Virus record (IMG/VR): IMGVR_UViG_2671180849_000023
Strand: one strand, 5' to 3'
Length of the DNA stretch: 8,248 bases
DNA from: a virus
Taxonomy: Duplodnaviria; Heunggongvirae; Uroviricota; Caudoviricetes
Within the stretch, counting starts at the first letter, position 1. Each line of letters begins with the position of its first letter. Shown in pieces: positions 7,766-8,248 of this stretch. Both the position numbers and the translations under genes were made by a program. Below the pieces are notes generated by a model. The model did no database searches. It was not told where the DNA came from and saw only the letters and a program-made list of their open reading frames with translations.

Positions 7766-8248
7766 TTAACGGTGGGCGTTTTTCATGATACGTGCTTTAT
7801 CCACCTGCCATTCGCGTTCTTTGATATCTGAACGTTTATCGTGCTGTTTTTTACCTTTGGCGACGCCGATTTTCACTTTGCACCAGGCATTTTTCCAGTA
7901 CAGGGAGAGCGCCACTACGGTATAGCCTTCTCGATTGACGCGACCGTACAATGAGTCCAGTTCGCGCTGGTTGAGAAGTAACTTGCGGGTACGGGTAGGA
8001 TCGCACACCACATGCGTGGAGGCCACGGCCATTGGCGTGATGTTAGCGCCAAACAGAAATGCCTCTCCGTCACGCAGAAGGACGTAGCTGTCGCTGATAT
8101 TGGCTTTTCCTGCGCGCAGGGATTTAACCTCCCAGCCTTGCAGGGCAAGTCCCGCTTCGAACTCTTCTTCGATAAAGTATTCGTGACGGGCGCGCTTGTT
8201 AAGCGCGATGGTCGCTGAACCAGGTTTATGTGCTTTTTTCTTCGTCAT
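7766..8248 (-). CDS. smpB: SsrA-binding protein SmpB (160 aa, complete)
   Basis: ATG at the window edge (8248..8246), stop at 7766. [56 protein letters not shown]… is the canonical SmpB sequence, upstream of and co-oriented with ssrA as in E. coli. Confidence 0.95.

Noticed and set aside
7915-8218. Track ORFs 7915..8148 (-) and 8012..8218 (+) overlapping smpB
   Set aside because: They are alternative-frame or antisense artefacts within the clearly identified smpB gene.

Overview
This window reads as an Enterobacterial (E. coli-type) chromosome at the smpB-ssrA (tmRNA) locus, with accessory DNA abutting the tmRNA 3' end. All calls are from reading the sequence and the ORF track; no database search was run. 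Right to left on the minus strand: smpB (7766..8248), ssrA/tmRNA (7189..7551, tag ANDENYALAA), a 126-bp spacer and a strong hairpin/U-tract terminator. Left of that lies an AT-rich cargo block (about 5057..7036) with a two-gene minus-strand operon of unrecognisable proteins (343 aa and 114 aa) and a convergent 70-aa ORF. Next comes a Pin/Gin/Hin-type serine DNA invertase gene (4502..5056) beside a roughly 1.95-kb invertible tail-fibre segment bounded by perfect 36-bp inverted repeats, in an e14 P-segment / Mu G-segment-like layout. Further left are a 5'-truncated baseplate-like gene, an apparently intact IS911-like IS3-family element (379..1636) with a -1 frameshift heptamer and no target-site duplication, and the 3' end of a FabD-like acyltransferase gene. 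No integrase, CRISPR array, rRNA or tRNA is present. The best candidate for an undescribed system is the AT-rich operon between the invertase and ssrA, a slot where related invertase-bearing phage modules carry defence or DNA-modification cargo (mcrA in e14, mom in Mu).
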